Assembly: GCA_048526005.1 (NCBI GenBank)
Contig: DBFVEH010000005.1
Span: 2,727 to 66,726 of the forward strand
Length of the DNA: 64,000 nucleotides
Source of the DNA: Eubacteriales bacterium
Lineage (GTDB): Bacteria; Bacillota; Clostridia; Oscillospirales; CAG-272
Reading direction: 5' to 3'
Shown: positions 7,014 through 15,953 of the stretch, one piece after another
How positions within the stretch are numbered: position 1 is the stretch's first letter
Layout of the letters: each line of letters starts with the position of its first letter
Notes under the pieces: generated by a model
What the model was told of the DNA's origin: nothing
Seen by the model: the letters and a program-made list of their open reading frames with translations, nothing else
The model's database searches: none
Position numbers and translations under genes: made by a program

Positions 7014-8838
7014 AAAAAAGCAACAAAAAGCGTCACATTCTCTTGCGGACAACATTGGATATATATATAAATTACAATGGAAACATAGCCCTCTTTCCTT
7101 GGTATTTCTTGTCCTCACGATACCGGTTTCAATTGGAATTTCCTTTTTGGGAATATATTTGCCAAAGATAGTAGTATCACAGGTAATGAACTATGAGGAT
7201 CTTTACAGTGCACTTTGGCCGATTGTCGTTATTGGGCTTGCGATTTTGGTGTTAACGCTCTTTGAAAAATTAATATCTACAATGAGCTCCGCTTTTTTAT
7301 CAAAATTTAGAGATGCACTTGAAAATATGAAAAACAAAAAATGCCTTAACACAGATTATGAGAATCTTGAATCGCCAAAATTTAGAGTTTTAATGGGACG
7401 GGCAAATGAAGCATTATGGGGCTCCAATATGGGTTCCACGGTAGAACGGATGAGTTCTGGCAGCATTGCTATGATTACAAGCATATTAAATGGGGTTTTA
7501 TTTGGAGCCATATTGACATTTGCAAATCCAATTCTTATTGTGGTATTAATAGCAATTCCGGCTGTTCATTACTATTCACTGAAATGGGTTCAAAAATTTC
7601 AGTATCATTCAAAAGAATTTACTGCACCGCTTGATAAAAAGCTTTGGTATCTTGCGCGAAATGCAAGCCATTATGATGCTGCCAAAGATATTCGCATATA
7701 TAATATGAAAGATTGGCTCCTCAATATGTACCATATGCTGTCGAAAGAAAGACTTTCGTGGGATGTCAAAGTATTCAGAAGACAATTTTTTATCAGTCTT
7801 TTAGATGGTTTTCTTATTTTAATTCGAGATGGCATAGCATACTTTGTTTTAATTATGATGGTGATAAACAATGAAATTGCGATTGATGATTTTGTTTTGT
7901 ATTTTTCCTCTGTAGGGGCTTTTACAGGAACGCTTAGTTCTATTATCAATCAGTTTGCCTCTTTAAATGCAACCAGTCTTATTACTTGTGATTTAAGAGA
8001 TTTTCTGGATTACCCCGAAAAAGAAAATAGCTCAGAAACGGAAGAAAACTATGATTTAAACTCTGTTCATGAAATTAAAGTCAAAAATTTATTTTATTCC
8101 TATCCAGGCGCAGAAAAACCAACCTTATCCAATTTAAACTGTACGATTAAACCGGGAGAAAAAATTGCAATTGTCGGATTGAACGGCGCAGGCAAAACGA
8201 CATTTATAAAATTGCTGACAGGACTGTATACGCCAACATCCGGGAATATTTTGCTGGATGAAATTTCTATTAGCCATTATGAAAAACAGGATTATTATTC
8301 TATGTTTTCTGTGGTTTTTCAAGATCATAAGCTAATGCCGATTTCAATTGTTGAAACCGTTGCATGTACGGAGGCACATCTTGCCAATAGAAATCGAGTA
8401 ATTGAGTGTTTGCAAAAGGCTGAGTTATATGATAAAATTTTAAAATTACCAAATGGGATTGATACACTGATCAATCGCCAAATCAATGAAAATGGCATTG
8501 AACTTTCTGGAGGCGAATATCAAAAATTACTGTTAGCAAGAGCCCTTTATAAAAATTCGTCCATTTTGATTTTGGATGAACCTACAGCCGCAATAGATCC
8601 TATTTCGGAGAGTATTCTTTATAATAAATATAGCGATTTGTTTAAAAATAAAACAGCTATTTTTATTTCACATCGATTAGCTTCGACTCAATTCTGCGAT
8701 CGAATTTTCTATATGCAAAGCGGACAAATTTTAGAAGTAGGCACACATGACGAATTGCTCGCACTAAATGGTGAGTATAAAAGGCTTTATGATGTTCAGA
8801 GTCAATATTACCGTTCAGATGGGGGAGATGCCAAGTGA
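7000..8838 (+). CDS. ABC exporter, fused permease/ATPase subunit (no C39 peptidase domain)
   Basis: N-terminal six-TM-type region. Walker A GLNGAGKTT, signature LSGGEYQK, Walker B ILILDEP. Overlaps the upstream gene by 14 nt. Confidence 0.9.
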   Translation: MMNNRKKQQKASHSLADNIGYIYKLQWKHSPLSLVFLVLTIPVSIGISFLGIYLPKIVVSQVMNYEDLYSALWPIVVIGLAILVLTLFEKLISTMSSAFLSKFRDALENMKNKKCLNTDYENLESPKFRVLMGRANEALWGSNMGSTVERMSSGSIAMITSILNGVLFGAILTFANPILIVVLIAIPAVHYYSLKWVQKFQYHSKEFTAPLDKKLWYLARNASHYDAAKDIRIYNMKDWLLNMYHMLSKERLSWDVKVFRRQFFISLLDGFLILIRDGIAYFVLIMMVINNEIAIDDFVLYFSSVGAFTGTLSSIINQFASLNATSLITCDLRDFLDYPEKENSSETEENYDLNSVHEIKVKNLFYSYPGAEKPTLSNLNCTIKPGEKIAIVGLNGAGKTTFIKLLTGLYTPTSGNILLDEISISHYEKQDYYSMFSVVFQDHKLMPISIVETVACTEAHLANRNRVIECLQKAELYDKILKLPNGIDTLINRQINENGIELSGGEYQKLLLARALYKNSSILILDEPTAAIDPISESILYNKYSDLFKNKTAIFISHRLASTQFCDRIFYMQSGQILEVGTHDELLALNGEYKRLYDVQSQYYRSDGGDAK

Positions 8839-10643
8839 AAAAACTCATGCAGAATATAAAAGTTCTATTAAGGGGAATTTCATATCTTTTTCAAATTGAA
8901 AAACGGTATGCTATATTACATATCGTGTCTTCTTTGCTTTCTCCGATACAACCATATATCAACATATACATGGTTTCTATCATTTTGAATGAGTTGTCAG
9001 AGCGCCGGGATAAGACAGTGCTTTTAATTTATATAGGAATAACGATTGCTGCAAATTTTATATTTAAAATTGTAATTTCTGCACTAAATATGGCCACAAA
9101 TTATCGTTCTGGACAGTTTTACAAGAATGAAAAAATGTTTTTTGCTCAGAAAGCAATGACAATGGACTTTAAAGATGTAGAGTCTACTGAGATACATGCA
9201 TTGCTTGAAAGAATACAAAACGAAAGCCAAAATGGCTATAATATGTATTATCTTATCAAGTTTTCTGGACAACTTATCAGTAGTATTTCATCGGTGGTTA
9301 CATCTGTATCACTCAGCTTAAACTTAATTATTGATCATAGAATCAATTTGTATGCCAAAATGGGATTATTGTGTTGTGTTGTGCTTGTCATTGTTTTAAC
9401 CTATTATACCACAAAGAAAACGAACAAAAAAACATTAGATATGTATGAATCCTTGATCCCATGCAATGTAAAATACAATTTTTATAATGATTACAACGAG
9501 GATTATAACGTTGGAAAAGACATTAGAATATACAATTTACAGAATTATGTGTTAGGTATTCAAAAACAGCAAATAGATTTTTCTACGAATCTTTTAATAA
9601 AGACAAAAAAAGAAACGTTAAAGTATGTGTTTATCAGTACATTTGTGAATCATTTGCTTAAAATTGGTGTCTATGTTTTTGTATTTTTTGCTTGTATATC
9701 TGGAAGTGTAGGAGTTGGAGATATAACACGTTATGTGAGCTGCATTACCTTGTTGGTTATAACTGCAGGAGAACTGATTTCACAATTCCAGTCCTTGATA
9801 AATAACAACAAATATTTGGAACGCTATTTTCAATATTTTGATATTCCATCCTCGCAAGAACGCAAGGGGGGGATTCCGGTTACAGGAGGAAAACACGAAT
9901 TTGAATTTAAAAATGTGACTTTTCGATATCCTAATACGAAAGTTGATGCTTTGAAGAATATTTCATTTAAAATTCATTCTGGAGAGCGCATTTCAGTGGT
10001 TGGTATGAACGGCAGTGGAAAAACCACAATGATAAAACTTTTGTGCCGCTTATATGAACCGTGTGATGGTGAAATACTGTTAGACGGAATCAACATAAAA
10101 GAATATATCTATAACGATTACATGCGCCTTCTTGGTGTAATTTTTCAAGACTTTAAAATTTTTTCATTTTCGTTAGGCCAAAATATTGTGGTTAGTGATA
10201 ATATGGATCGTCAGTCGATAGAAATTGTATTGAAAAAGGCAGGTCTTGCAACTTTCTTGGAGAAATTGCCATTTGGAATTGAAACGCCCTTATATCGGGA
10301 TTTTGACGAAAGAGGCTTGGAGATTTCTGGGGGAGAGGCGCAAAAAATTGCGTTAGCAAGAGTTTTATATAAAGATGCAGCTATCATGATTTTGGATGAG
10401 CCAACTGCTGCTTTGGATCCCATTTCTGAAAACGATATATATCAACGCTTCAACTCAGTGGTTGAAGATAAGTCTGTTATCTATATTTCACATCGATTAG
10501 CATCTTGTACATTTTGTGATAGAATATTGGTTTTCAGTGAAGGGAATTTGGTTCAGAATGGCACCCATCATGAGTTGGTTAAAAATAAAGATGGAATATA
10601 TTTTAAATTATGGAATGCACAAGCACAGTATTATATAAAATAA
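8835..10643 (+). CDS. ABC exporter, fused permease/ATPase subunit (heterodimer partner)
   Basis: Walker A GMNGSGKTT, signature ISGGEAQK, Walker B IMILDEP. 4-nt GTGA start/stop overlap with the upstream subunit. Confidence 0.9.
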   Translation: MKKLMQNIKVLLRGISYLFQIEKRYAILHIVSSLLSPIQPYINIYMVSIILNELSERRDKTVLLIYIGITIAANFIFKIVISALNMATNYRSGQFYKNEKMFFAQKAMTMDFKDVESTEIHALLERIQNESQNGYNMYYLIKFSGQLISSISSVVTSVSLSLNLIIDHRINLYAKMGLLCCVVLVIVLTYYTTKKTNKKTLDMYESLIPCNVKYNFYNDYNEDYNVGKDIRIYNLQNYVLGIQKQQIDFSTNLLIKTKKETLKYVFISTFVNHLLKIGVYVFVFFACISGSVGVGDITRYVSCITLLVITAGELISQFQSLINNNKYLERYFQYFDIPSSQERKGGIPVTGGKHEFEFKNVTFRYPNTKVDALKNISFKIHSGERISVVGMNGSGKTTMIKLLCRLYEPCDGEILLDGINIKEYIYNDYMRLLGVIFQDFKIFSFSLGQNIVVSDNMDRQSIEIVLKKAGLATFLEKLPFGIETPLYRDFDERGLEISGGEAQKIALARVLYKDAAIMILDEPTAALDPISENDIYQRFNSVVEDKSVIYISHRLASCTFCDRILVFSEGNLVQNGTHHELVKNKDGIYFKLWNAQAQYYIK

Positions 10644-10791
10644 CGAGGGGGTTATTTTATTGCTAATTTTAAATTGTTCGAATCTTTTTTCTAAATTCGT
10701 TCTTGACACGATACTGATACATGCCTTCGCTACTGGATACTAACGCTGTTCAGCAGGAACAAGAGCATATCAGAACACAATGCGTTCGTTC

Positions 10792-10817
10792 AAAACCCTT
10801 GTAATATCAAGGGTTTT
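10792..10817 (+). terminator. Hairpin, possible terminator of the RiPP/ABC operon
   Basis: 10-bp stem AAAACCCTTG / CAAGGGTTTT with a 6-nt loop. The T-run is only the 4 T of the stem. Confidence 0.45.
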
Positions 10818-10854
10818 CGGCGTCGTGAAACTGTGCTTTGAGAATATTATATGT

Positions 10855-10903
10855 TTTGGCTCTAAGCGAAAGGCCGGCGGTTCGAATCCGCCCAGAGACG
10901 CCA
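10855..10903 (+). other. tRNA 3'-half remnant (anticodon-arm 3' side, T-arm, acceptor 3' strand, discriminator G, CCA) without a 5' half
   Basis: GGCGG-TTCGAAT-CCGCC T-arm (10876-10892), then CAGAGAC-G-CCA (10893-10903). The complementary GTCTCTG 5' acceptor strand and a D-arm are absent upstream, where the sequence turns AT-rich. Confidence 0.55.
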
Positions 10904-10907
10904 ATCA

Positions 10908-10951
10908 AATTCCCTGACTCGTAATTTACGGGTTGGGGAATTAATTTTTTT
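10908..10951 (+). terminator. Terminator following the tRNA remnant
   Basis: Stem AATTCCC / GGGAATT (10908-10914 / 10936-10942) followed by AATTTTTTTA. Confidence 0.5.
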
Positions 10952-11155
10952 ATATGTTTTTTGTTTATATTGGTCTGTGTTATTGATAAAACCTTGAAAT
11001 TAGAGAAATTTATATAGAAAAATAAGGAAAAAAGAATTGTTTTGTCGAACGATTTATTAAAAAATTTTGAATTTATGTTGACATTTATATGTTTTTGTTG
11101 TTTACTGTTAATAGTTGACGATTTGAAATTATTAAAGTGAGAAAGGAAGTGGGTT

Positions 11156-11872
11156 ATGAAAATCAAGTTAAAATTATGTGTTGTTTTGTTAATGGTTGCT
11201 TTACTGATTTCGAATTGCGTTATGGGGGTTTTTGCTCACGAAATGTTTGTGAATTCTTCGGGAGTTCCTATTGTCATGACTTTTCAAGATGTAAATACGA
11301 GCGGAGCACCTGCTTTAAGAGTATACTATGGTTATATGCATGATCATGGTCCTTCTATCTATTATAGCAATGCAATTAATGCGATGAATTCATGGAATGG
11401 TATCGGCACAAAGGGAGTGACGGTTTCCATTGAGTCACAAAATCAGATTTTTGGTGGAGGCGGACAAAACATTACGATTAAAACAGATGCGACAGTATGG
11501 GCAAACTATGGTTTAGGAACATCAACATTGGGCATGACTGAATTGATAGATACAAATAATTTAAAGGTAACAACGGTAAATTCTGCAATTAATTCCACAA
11601 GAATAATTAAAACCGCAAATATTTATTTAAATCCTTCTGCAGATGTTTTTAGTTTAGGGACTACCAATCAAACAGTAATTGATAATAGAATACAAAAAAC
11701 GATTGCACATGAAATCGGGCATGCGATGGGACTTGGCCATCCTGATACAACTTACGATATTATTTCAACGGCTACATATTCATTGATGCGGCAGGGCTTT
11801 CCGGATCAGGTGAGAAGCGGGATCGTTCCGCAGAATCACGAAAAATCCGATATATACAACAAATATAAATAA
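11156..11872 (+). CDS. Secreted zinc metalloprotease, metzincin/matrixin-like (M10-type)
   Basis: Signal peptide MKIKLKLCVVLLMVALLISNCVMGVFA. Extended zinc motif HEIGHAMGLGHPD (HExxHxxGxxH). Still AT-rich. Confidence 0.8.
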   Translation: MKIKLKLCVVLLMVALLISNCVMGVFAHEMFVNSSGVPIVMTFQDVNTSGAPALRVYYGYMHDHGPSIYYSNAINAMNSWNGIGTKGVTVSIESQNQIFGGGGQNITIKTDATVWANYGLGTSTLGMTELIDTNNLKVTTVNSAINSTRIIKTANIYLNPSADVFSLGTTNQTVIDNRIQKTIAHEIGHAMGLGHPDTTYDIISTATYSLMRQGFPDQVRSGIVPQNHEKSDIYNKYK

Positions 11873-11887
11873 AGGAGAACGTGCGAT

Positions 11888-12514
11888 ATGAAAAAAATAG
11901 CCATCCTTTTGGTCTGCGCAACGGTTCTTGCCCTTTTGCTCGGCTGCACGGGATGCGGGGAGCAAAAAGCGGCGGAGCGGCTGTCCGATTCCGGAATTGA
12001 CGCACTGCGCACGGAATATCTCCTGATTTCTGAAAGTCAGATGCAGCTGGATTATGCAATGTTTGATCTCGAAACGCGGCTTGAAATCATTCCGATTTTG
12101 GCGGAAATCGAGGTGCTTCAAGCGCTGCCGGATTATACCGTGACGGTGACGCACACGATAAGCGAAACCGAAACCTACACGGAGGAGCTTCTGTTTCATC
12201 AGTTCGAGGTAAAGCTTCATGACGTGTGGATTAACCGTACCGGTGCGGAGCTTCCGGAAACGCTCGTCATCTGCTTTGCGGATATCTTTGCTTCGTCTTA
12301 TCCGGAGCTGGACGTTCATGATCATGCGGTCGTATCCTTGAGCGAATCGCGCGGCTCGCATACCGGTAAATATCATTTTAGCGATGAAACTGCATATTAT
12401 ATGACAGACACCGGTTACCTGCTCTCGGTCTATGAGGAGCGCGGCACACGTCTTTCCGGTCTTTCCAAAAATGCGTTTGAAAGCAGGATTACAGGTCTTT
12501 TGTCCGTAAAATAA
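11888..12514 (+). CDS. Lipoprotein of unknown function
   Basis: MKKIAILLVCATVLALLLGCTGC has a lipobox. This is the first GC-rich gene after the AT-rich region. Confidence 0.7.
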   Translation: MKKIAILLVCATVLALLLGCTGCGEQKAAERLSDSGIDALRTEYLLISESQMQLDYAMFDLETRLEIIPILAEIEVLQALPDYTVTVTHTISETETYTEELLFHQFEVKLHDVWINRTGAELPETLVICFADIFASSYPELDVHDHAVVSLSESRGSHTGKYHFSDETAYYMTDTGYLLSVYEERGTRLSGLSKNAFESRITGLLSVK

Positions 12515-12554
12515 AAAAGAGCGCCCGGCGTTTTACGCCGGGCGCTCTCTTTTG
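12513..12554. terminator. Bidirectional rho-independent terminator
   Basis: 13-bp GC-rich stem AGAGCGCCCGGCG / CGCCGGGCGCTCT flanked by an A-run and a T-run, between convergent genes. Confidence 0.8.
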
Positions 12555-12571
12555 GAATGATAACGTAAATT

Positions 12572-13141
12572 TTACCGATCCCATTCCTCCGCGAGGATGG
12601 CATATTCGTGGATCGTGCAGTACCGGCCTTTGATGAGCATAGCGTCATAGTGCGTCGCTTCGTGCCGCATGCCGCATTTCTCCGCGACGCGCATGCTGCG
12701 GACGTTGCCGTCCATGATTCTGGCCGTCAGCCGATGCAGCATAAGCTCGGAAAATCCGAACCGCATAAGCCGGCGCAGCGCTTCCGCGGCAAATCCGTGT
12801 CCCCAAAAATCGGGACTTATGACATAGCCAACCTCCGCCGAATTGTTATCGAGATCAAATTTGGTAAAGCCGCAGGTGCCGATCATTTTGCCGGAATCCT
12901 TTTCCACAAGCGCAAAATCGTAAAAATTCTCTTCCCGATATTGCCCTTGGAGATAGCTCAGATATTTTTTTGTGAACTTGGGCGACTCGTGAGGCGACCA
13001 TAGAAGATATTTTGTTGTGATCGGACGCGAGGCATAATCGAACATATCCGAATAATCGGATATCAGCATTTTTCTCATAATCAGCCTGTCTGTGACAAGC
13101 GTCGGGATTTTTGTAAAGATCGAAAGCTGGGACTCGTTCAA
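12572..13141 (-). CDS. GNAT family N-acetyltransferase (RimJ/RimL-like)
   Basis: Typical GNAT core: IGTCGFTKFDLDNNSAEVGYVISPDFWGHGFAAEALRRLMRFGF...RLTARIMDGNVRSMRVAEKCGM. Confidence 0.85.
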   Translation of the reverse strand: MNESQLSIFTKIPTLVTDRLIMRKMLISDYSDMFDYASRPITTKYLLWSPHESPKFTKKYLSYLQGQYREENFYDFALVEKDSGKMIGTCGFTKFDLDNNSAEVGYVISPDFWGHGFAAEALRRLMRFGFSELMLHRLTARIMDGNVRSMRVAEKCGMRHEATHYDAMLIKGRYCTIHEYAILAEEWDR

Positions 13142-13387
13142 GCTTGTATCGCCTTTCTTCTAAAAAATATCGAAAATAAATGCGGGATTCTATGTTGGCG
13201 AGGTATACCGCTTTTAGTTTATGCAAAACATAAAAATGATTTGTCTCTATTTTAACGTATCTTATCGAGAAATTCAAGAAAAATGCGAAATATATTTACA
13301 ACCAGGTTAACTGAAATTCATGTTCGTGTAACAAATAGCGTTTAAAATAAGAGCGTAATCCGAAAATACGGTAAAGGAGAAGAACAT

Positions 13388-14842
13388 ATGGCAGATTACG
13401 AAAACAGAGGCGATAACATAAATAATGAGGAAAAGAACGCCCGCCTTGATGAAGAAAATAAACAGGATGAGATGACTCCGCCGGAAAATACGGGCGGCGC
13501 AGCCGAAGAGCACACACAGCAGACTGCATCCGGAAACGATAACCGCTCCGAAAACCGGTATGCCGAATTTAGGGAGATTAAAACGGAATATGAACCTCCA
13601 AAAAAGAAAAAGAAAAAATCCGAGGTGCATATGACCAAGGGCGCGGTCGCGATGCTGATTGTGCTGTGTCTTATGGTATCCGTGCTGGCAGGGGTCGGCA
13701 TGAATGCTCTGACGGGCGGCGGCCAGGATCCGTCCGCTGTTTCGACCACAGGCGGTACGGTACAAAGCGGTGGCGGCACGACGAACAGCGGTGTGATCCC
13801 CGGGCAAAATACGTCGAACGGCAATTCCGAGACTGCCCCAAGCATCGAAACTCAGCCGCGTGAGAATACCGAATATTCGGCGCTTGCCAAGGTGGCAAAC
13901 GAATGTATCAAATCCGTTGTTATTATCAATATCACGGAGACCTCTACCGCCTACGGACAGGAGTATACGACATCGGGCGCAGGCTCCGGCGTTATTTATA
14001 CCACGGACGGCTATATTATCACAAATTATCATGTCGTCGGAAAAGATACGAGCACGATTTCCGTTACGCTGTATAACGGGGAAGTTTATGAGGGCAAATA
14101 TATCTACGGCGACGAATATGCGGATATTTCCGTCATTAAAATCGAAAAAAACGACTGCACGCCGGCTAAAATCGGCGATTCCACCAAAATGATGCTCGGC
14201 GATACGGTGCTTGCGATCGGCAATCCGCTCGGCTACGGACTTTCCGTGACGGACGGGATCGTAAGCGCGCTGGCGCGTGATGTGACGGTGGAAAACACCA
14301 CGATGACGCTCATGCAGACGAGCGCCGCGATCAACAGCGGCAACTCCGGCGGCGGGCTTTTCAACACGGACGGAGAGCTGATCGGTATTGTCAATGCCAA
14401 GATCGGTGGTACTTCCGTCGAAGGAATGGGCTTTGCCATTCCGTCCTCTACCGTTGTCAAATGTATCAATGACCTGAAAAACTACGGATATATCACCGGC
14501 CAGGCGCGTCTTGGCGTAACGGTCCAGACCAAGCAGTACCAGACGTGGCCCTATATGCAGACGTATTCGTATATCCAGGTTACGGAGATCAATGCAAACG
14601 GCAGCGCCGCGAAATCCGGCCTCAAGGTCGGGGATATCCTCCAAAAGATCAACGGAACGGAGATTTCCTCTTTTGCTACGCTTTCGCAGATGCTGACAAA
14701 ATATGAGGTGGGAGACACGGTCACTCTGACGATTCAACGTCCTACGATTGAGCTTACAAGCAGCAATCTTTCGGAATATTTAAATACCTGCGAGGAAATC
14801 GATATTACGATCACCTTTGTGGAATTCAATCCAAACGCTTGA
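13388..14842 (+). CDS. htrA: HtrA/DegP-family serine protease with PDZ domain and a long disordered N-terminus + TM anchor
   Basis: TNYHVV (His), DISVIKI (Asp), GNSGGGLF (Ser) and a PDZ-like GLKVGDILQKINGTEI. The N-terminal region is acidic/basic low-complexity with KKKKKK, followed by a TM helix. Confidence 0.9.
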   Translation: MADYENRGDNINNEEKNARLDEENKQDEMTPPENTGGAAEEHTQQTASGNDNRSENRYAEFREIKTEYEPPKKKKKKSEVHMTKGAVAMLIVLCLMVSVLAGVGMNALTGGGQDPSAVSTTGGTVQSGGGTTNSGVIPGQNTSNGNSETAPSIETQPRENTEYSALAKVANECIKSVVIINITETSTAYGQEYTTSGAGSGVIYTTDGYIITNYHVVGKDTSTISVTLYNGEVYEGKYIYGDEYADISVIKIEKNDCTPAKIGDSTKMMLGDTVLAIGNPLGYGLSVTDGIVSALARDVTVENTTMTLMQTSAAINSGNSGGGLFNTDGELIGIVNAKIGGTSVEGMGFAIPSSTVVKCINDLKNYGYITGQARLGVTVQTKQYQTWPYMQTYSYIQVTEINANGSAAKSGLKVGDILQKINGTEISSFATLSQMLTKYEVGDTVTLTIQRPTIELTSSNLSEYLNTCEEIDITITFVEFNPNA

Positions 14843-14937
14843 TTTCTCCTTTTCATTTAAAAATGCCGGAGGTCTTTGCCCCTGACCGATGACAGAGGCA
14901 TCTGAACGCATATCGGAGCTGCAAAGGCGACTGCGGC

Positions 14938-14980
14938 AAAAAACCGAGAAAAGCCTATCAAAGGCTTTTCTCGGTTTTTC
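14938..14980. terminator. Bidirectional rho-independent terminator
   Basis: 13-bp stem CCGAGAAAAGCCT / AGGCTTTTCTCGG flanked by AAAAA and TTTTT. Confidence 0.8.
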
Positions 14981-15012
14981 CTTTGCGGTTCCATTATGGC
15001 GTCAGATGCCGG

Positions 15013-15915
15013 TCATTTGATTTGACCGCGCGTCAGCTTTTCCGCACATTCGACGAATCGCAGCACGTCCTTTGGCGCGTCGGCGCTGTAAAGCAGGCCG
15101 TACGGAATGCTGTAATCCCAATTTACGGGAATGGAGACGAGCCCCGGATGCACATCCTGCCAGCATTCTGTCATCAGCAACACCTTGTTGGTCTCAGCGC
15201 AGCGGTTGAATACGGACATATCGTAATGCAGCGGCGTATCCTCGATGGCGATCTGCGGATGATTTTTTTCGAGATCGTTGCGGATGTAGTCGTTTACGCC
15301 CGAATCTCCGCGCGGGATCATCATCAGCGTTTCGCCGTACAGCTCTTCTATATGGATATACTGCTTCGATGCCAGACGGTGCTCTCTCGAAACCGCGATC
15401 AGCTTCTTGTATCTGCCGAGCGGCAGAAAGCGGCAGCGGGAAAGCCATGCCTTGGAATCACAGACACCGATGAGAAAATCGAACTTTTCTCCCAGCTTTT
15501 CGATTTCCGACAGGATCCCCTCGTGATCGTCCTCAAACGGAACAAGATGCAGCTTGTAGTCCGGGAACTCCTTGTTGACGCGATACCAAATATCCATAAA
15601 TGGCTTTGCCGGATTGAGAAGCGACGTACCCACGCAGAAGGTGGTATCGTAGCGCCGTGTGGCGGCGTTGGCCGCATCGATGGATTTTTTGGAATAATCG
15701 ATCATGAACTTTGCATCCCGATAGATCACCTCTCCTGCGGGCGTCAAGCGGATCCCCGCGGAGGTGCGTTCGACAAGCTTCAATTCCAAATGCTGTTCCA
15801 AAGCATTTATCTGCTTCATCACCGCGGTGGAAGAGATATATAGACGCTCCGACGCTTTGGTGAAGCTGCCGCAGTCCGCAACGGCAAGAAAGGTCATCAG
15901 CAAAGGATTATACAT
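15013..15915 (-). CDS. LysR-family transcriptional regulator
   Basis: N-terminal wHTH FLAVADCGSFTKASERLYISSTAVMKQINALEQHLELKLVERT. 300 aa, divergent from the flavodoxin operon. Confidence 0.9.
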   Translation of the reverse strand: MYNPLLMTFLAVADCGSFTKASERLYISSTAVMKQINALEQHLELKLVERTSAGIRLTPAGEVIYRDAKFMIDYSKKSIDAANAATRRYDTTFCVGTSLLNPAKPFMDIWYRVNKEFPDYKLHLVPFEDDHEGILSEIEKLGEKFDFLIGVCDSKAWLSRCRFLPLGRYKKLIAVSREHRLASKQYIHIEELYGETLMMIPRGDSGVNDYIRNDLEKNHPQIAIEDTPLHYDMSVFNRCAETNKVLLMTECWQDVHPGLVSIPVNWDYSIPYGLLYSADAPKDVLRFVECAEKLTRGQIK

Positions 15916-15934
15916 ACAGAAGCTCCCATTTTAG

Positions 15935-15953
15935 TATAAACTTTAAGTTTATA
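15935..15953. promoter_or_regulatory. 19-bp perfect palindrome, candidate LysR-type (T-N11-A) operator overlapping a TATAAT
   Basis: TATAAACTT-T-AAGTTTATA at 15935-15953. TATAAT at 15952-15957. It lies in the divergent intergenic region. Confidence 0.5.

Larger units (their letters stand above)
1..10903. mobile_element. AT-rich accessory island (toxin cassette + RiPP operon), ending at a tRNA 3'-half remnant; left end lies off-window
   Basis: Composition is much more AT-rich by eye than the core from about 11,880. The cargo is accessory-type. A tRNA T-arm/acceptor/CCA fragment at 10855-10903 looks like an att scar. Confidence 0.4.

Noticed and set aside
10819-10903. A possible complete, unusual tRNA. 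In one register the residual anticodon loop reads CTCTAAG, giving anticodon CUA, an amber-suppressor or Pyl-like tRNA with discriminator G.
   Set aside because: I could not build a 5' acceptor strand (GTCTCTG is absent) or a D-arm. The anticodon stem in that register has only 4 of 5 pairs, and its 5' strand is AT-rich island-like sequence. I treat it as a 3' fragment. The CUA reading should only be revisited if tRNAscan-SE or Infernal finds a full fold or a matching intact tRNA upstream.
12547-12556. The 10-mer TTTGGAATGA occurs just after the terminator at 12513-12554 and again just after the ntp terminator (41991-42000). I considered it as an att-type direct repeat marking island borders.
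   Set aside because: The match is only 10 nt and the flanks differ. The first copy is about 700 nt inside GC-rich core DNA rather than at the compositional boundary. A chance match of this length is not improbable in 64 kb.
13307-14737. 476-aa ORF antisense to the HtrA gene. Many similar long antisense or alternative-frame ORFs occur in the GC-rich core, for example 14983-15843, 17252-18085, 21991-23172, 28986-30011, 34549-35373, 35580-36566, 38157-38855, 40011-41486, 52350-53168, 53490-54575, 54854-55831, 57652-58449, 60224-60865 and 61638-62423.
   Set aside because: Each one overlaps a gene with clear family motifs on the other strand or frame. Their translations are Arg/Gly/Pro/His-rich low-complexity sequences, typical of stop-poor alternative frames in GC-rich DNA. 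None has a plausible RBS.
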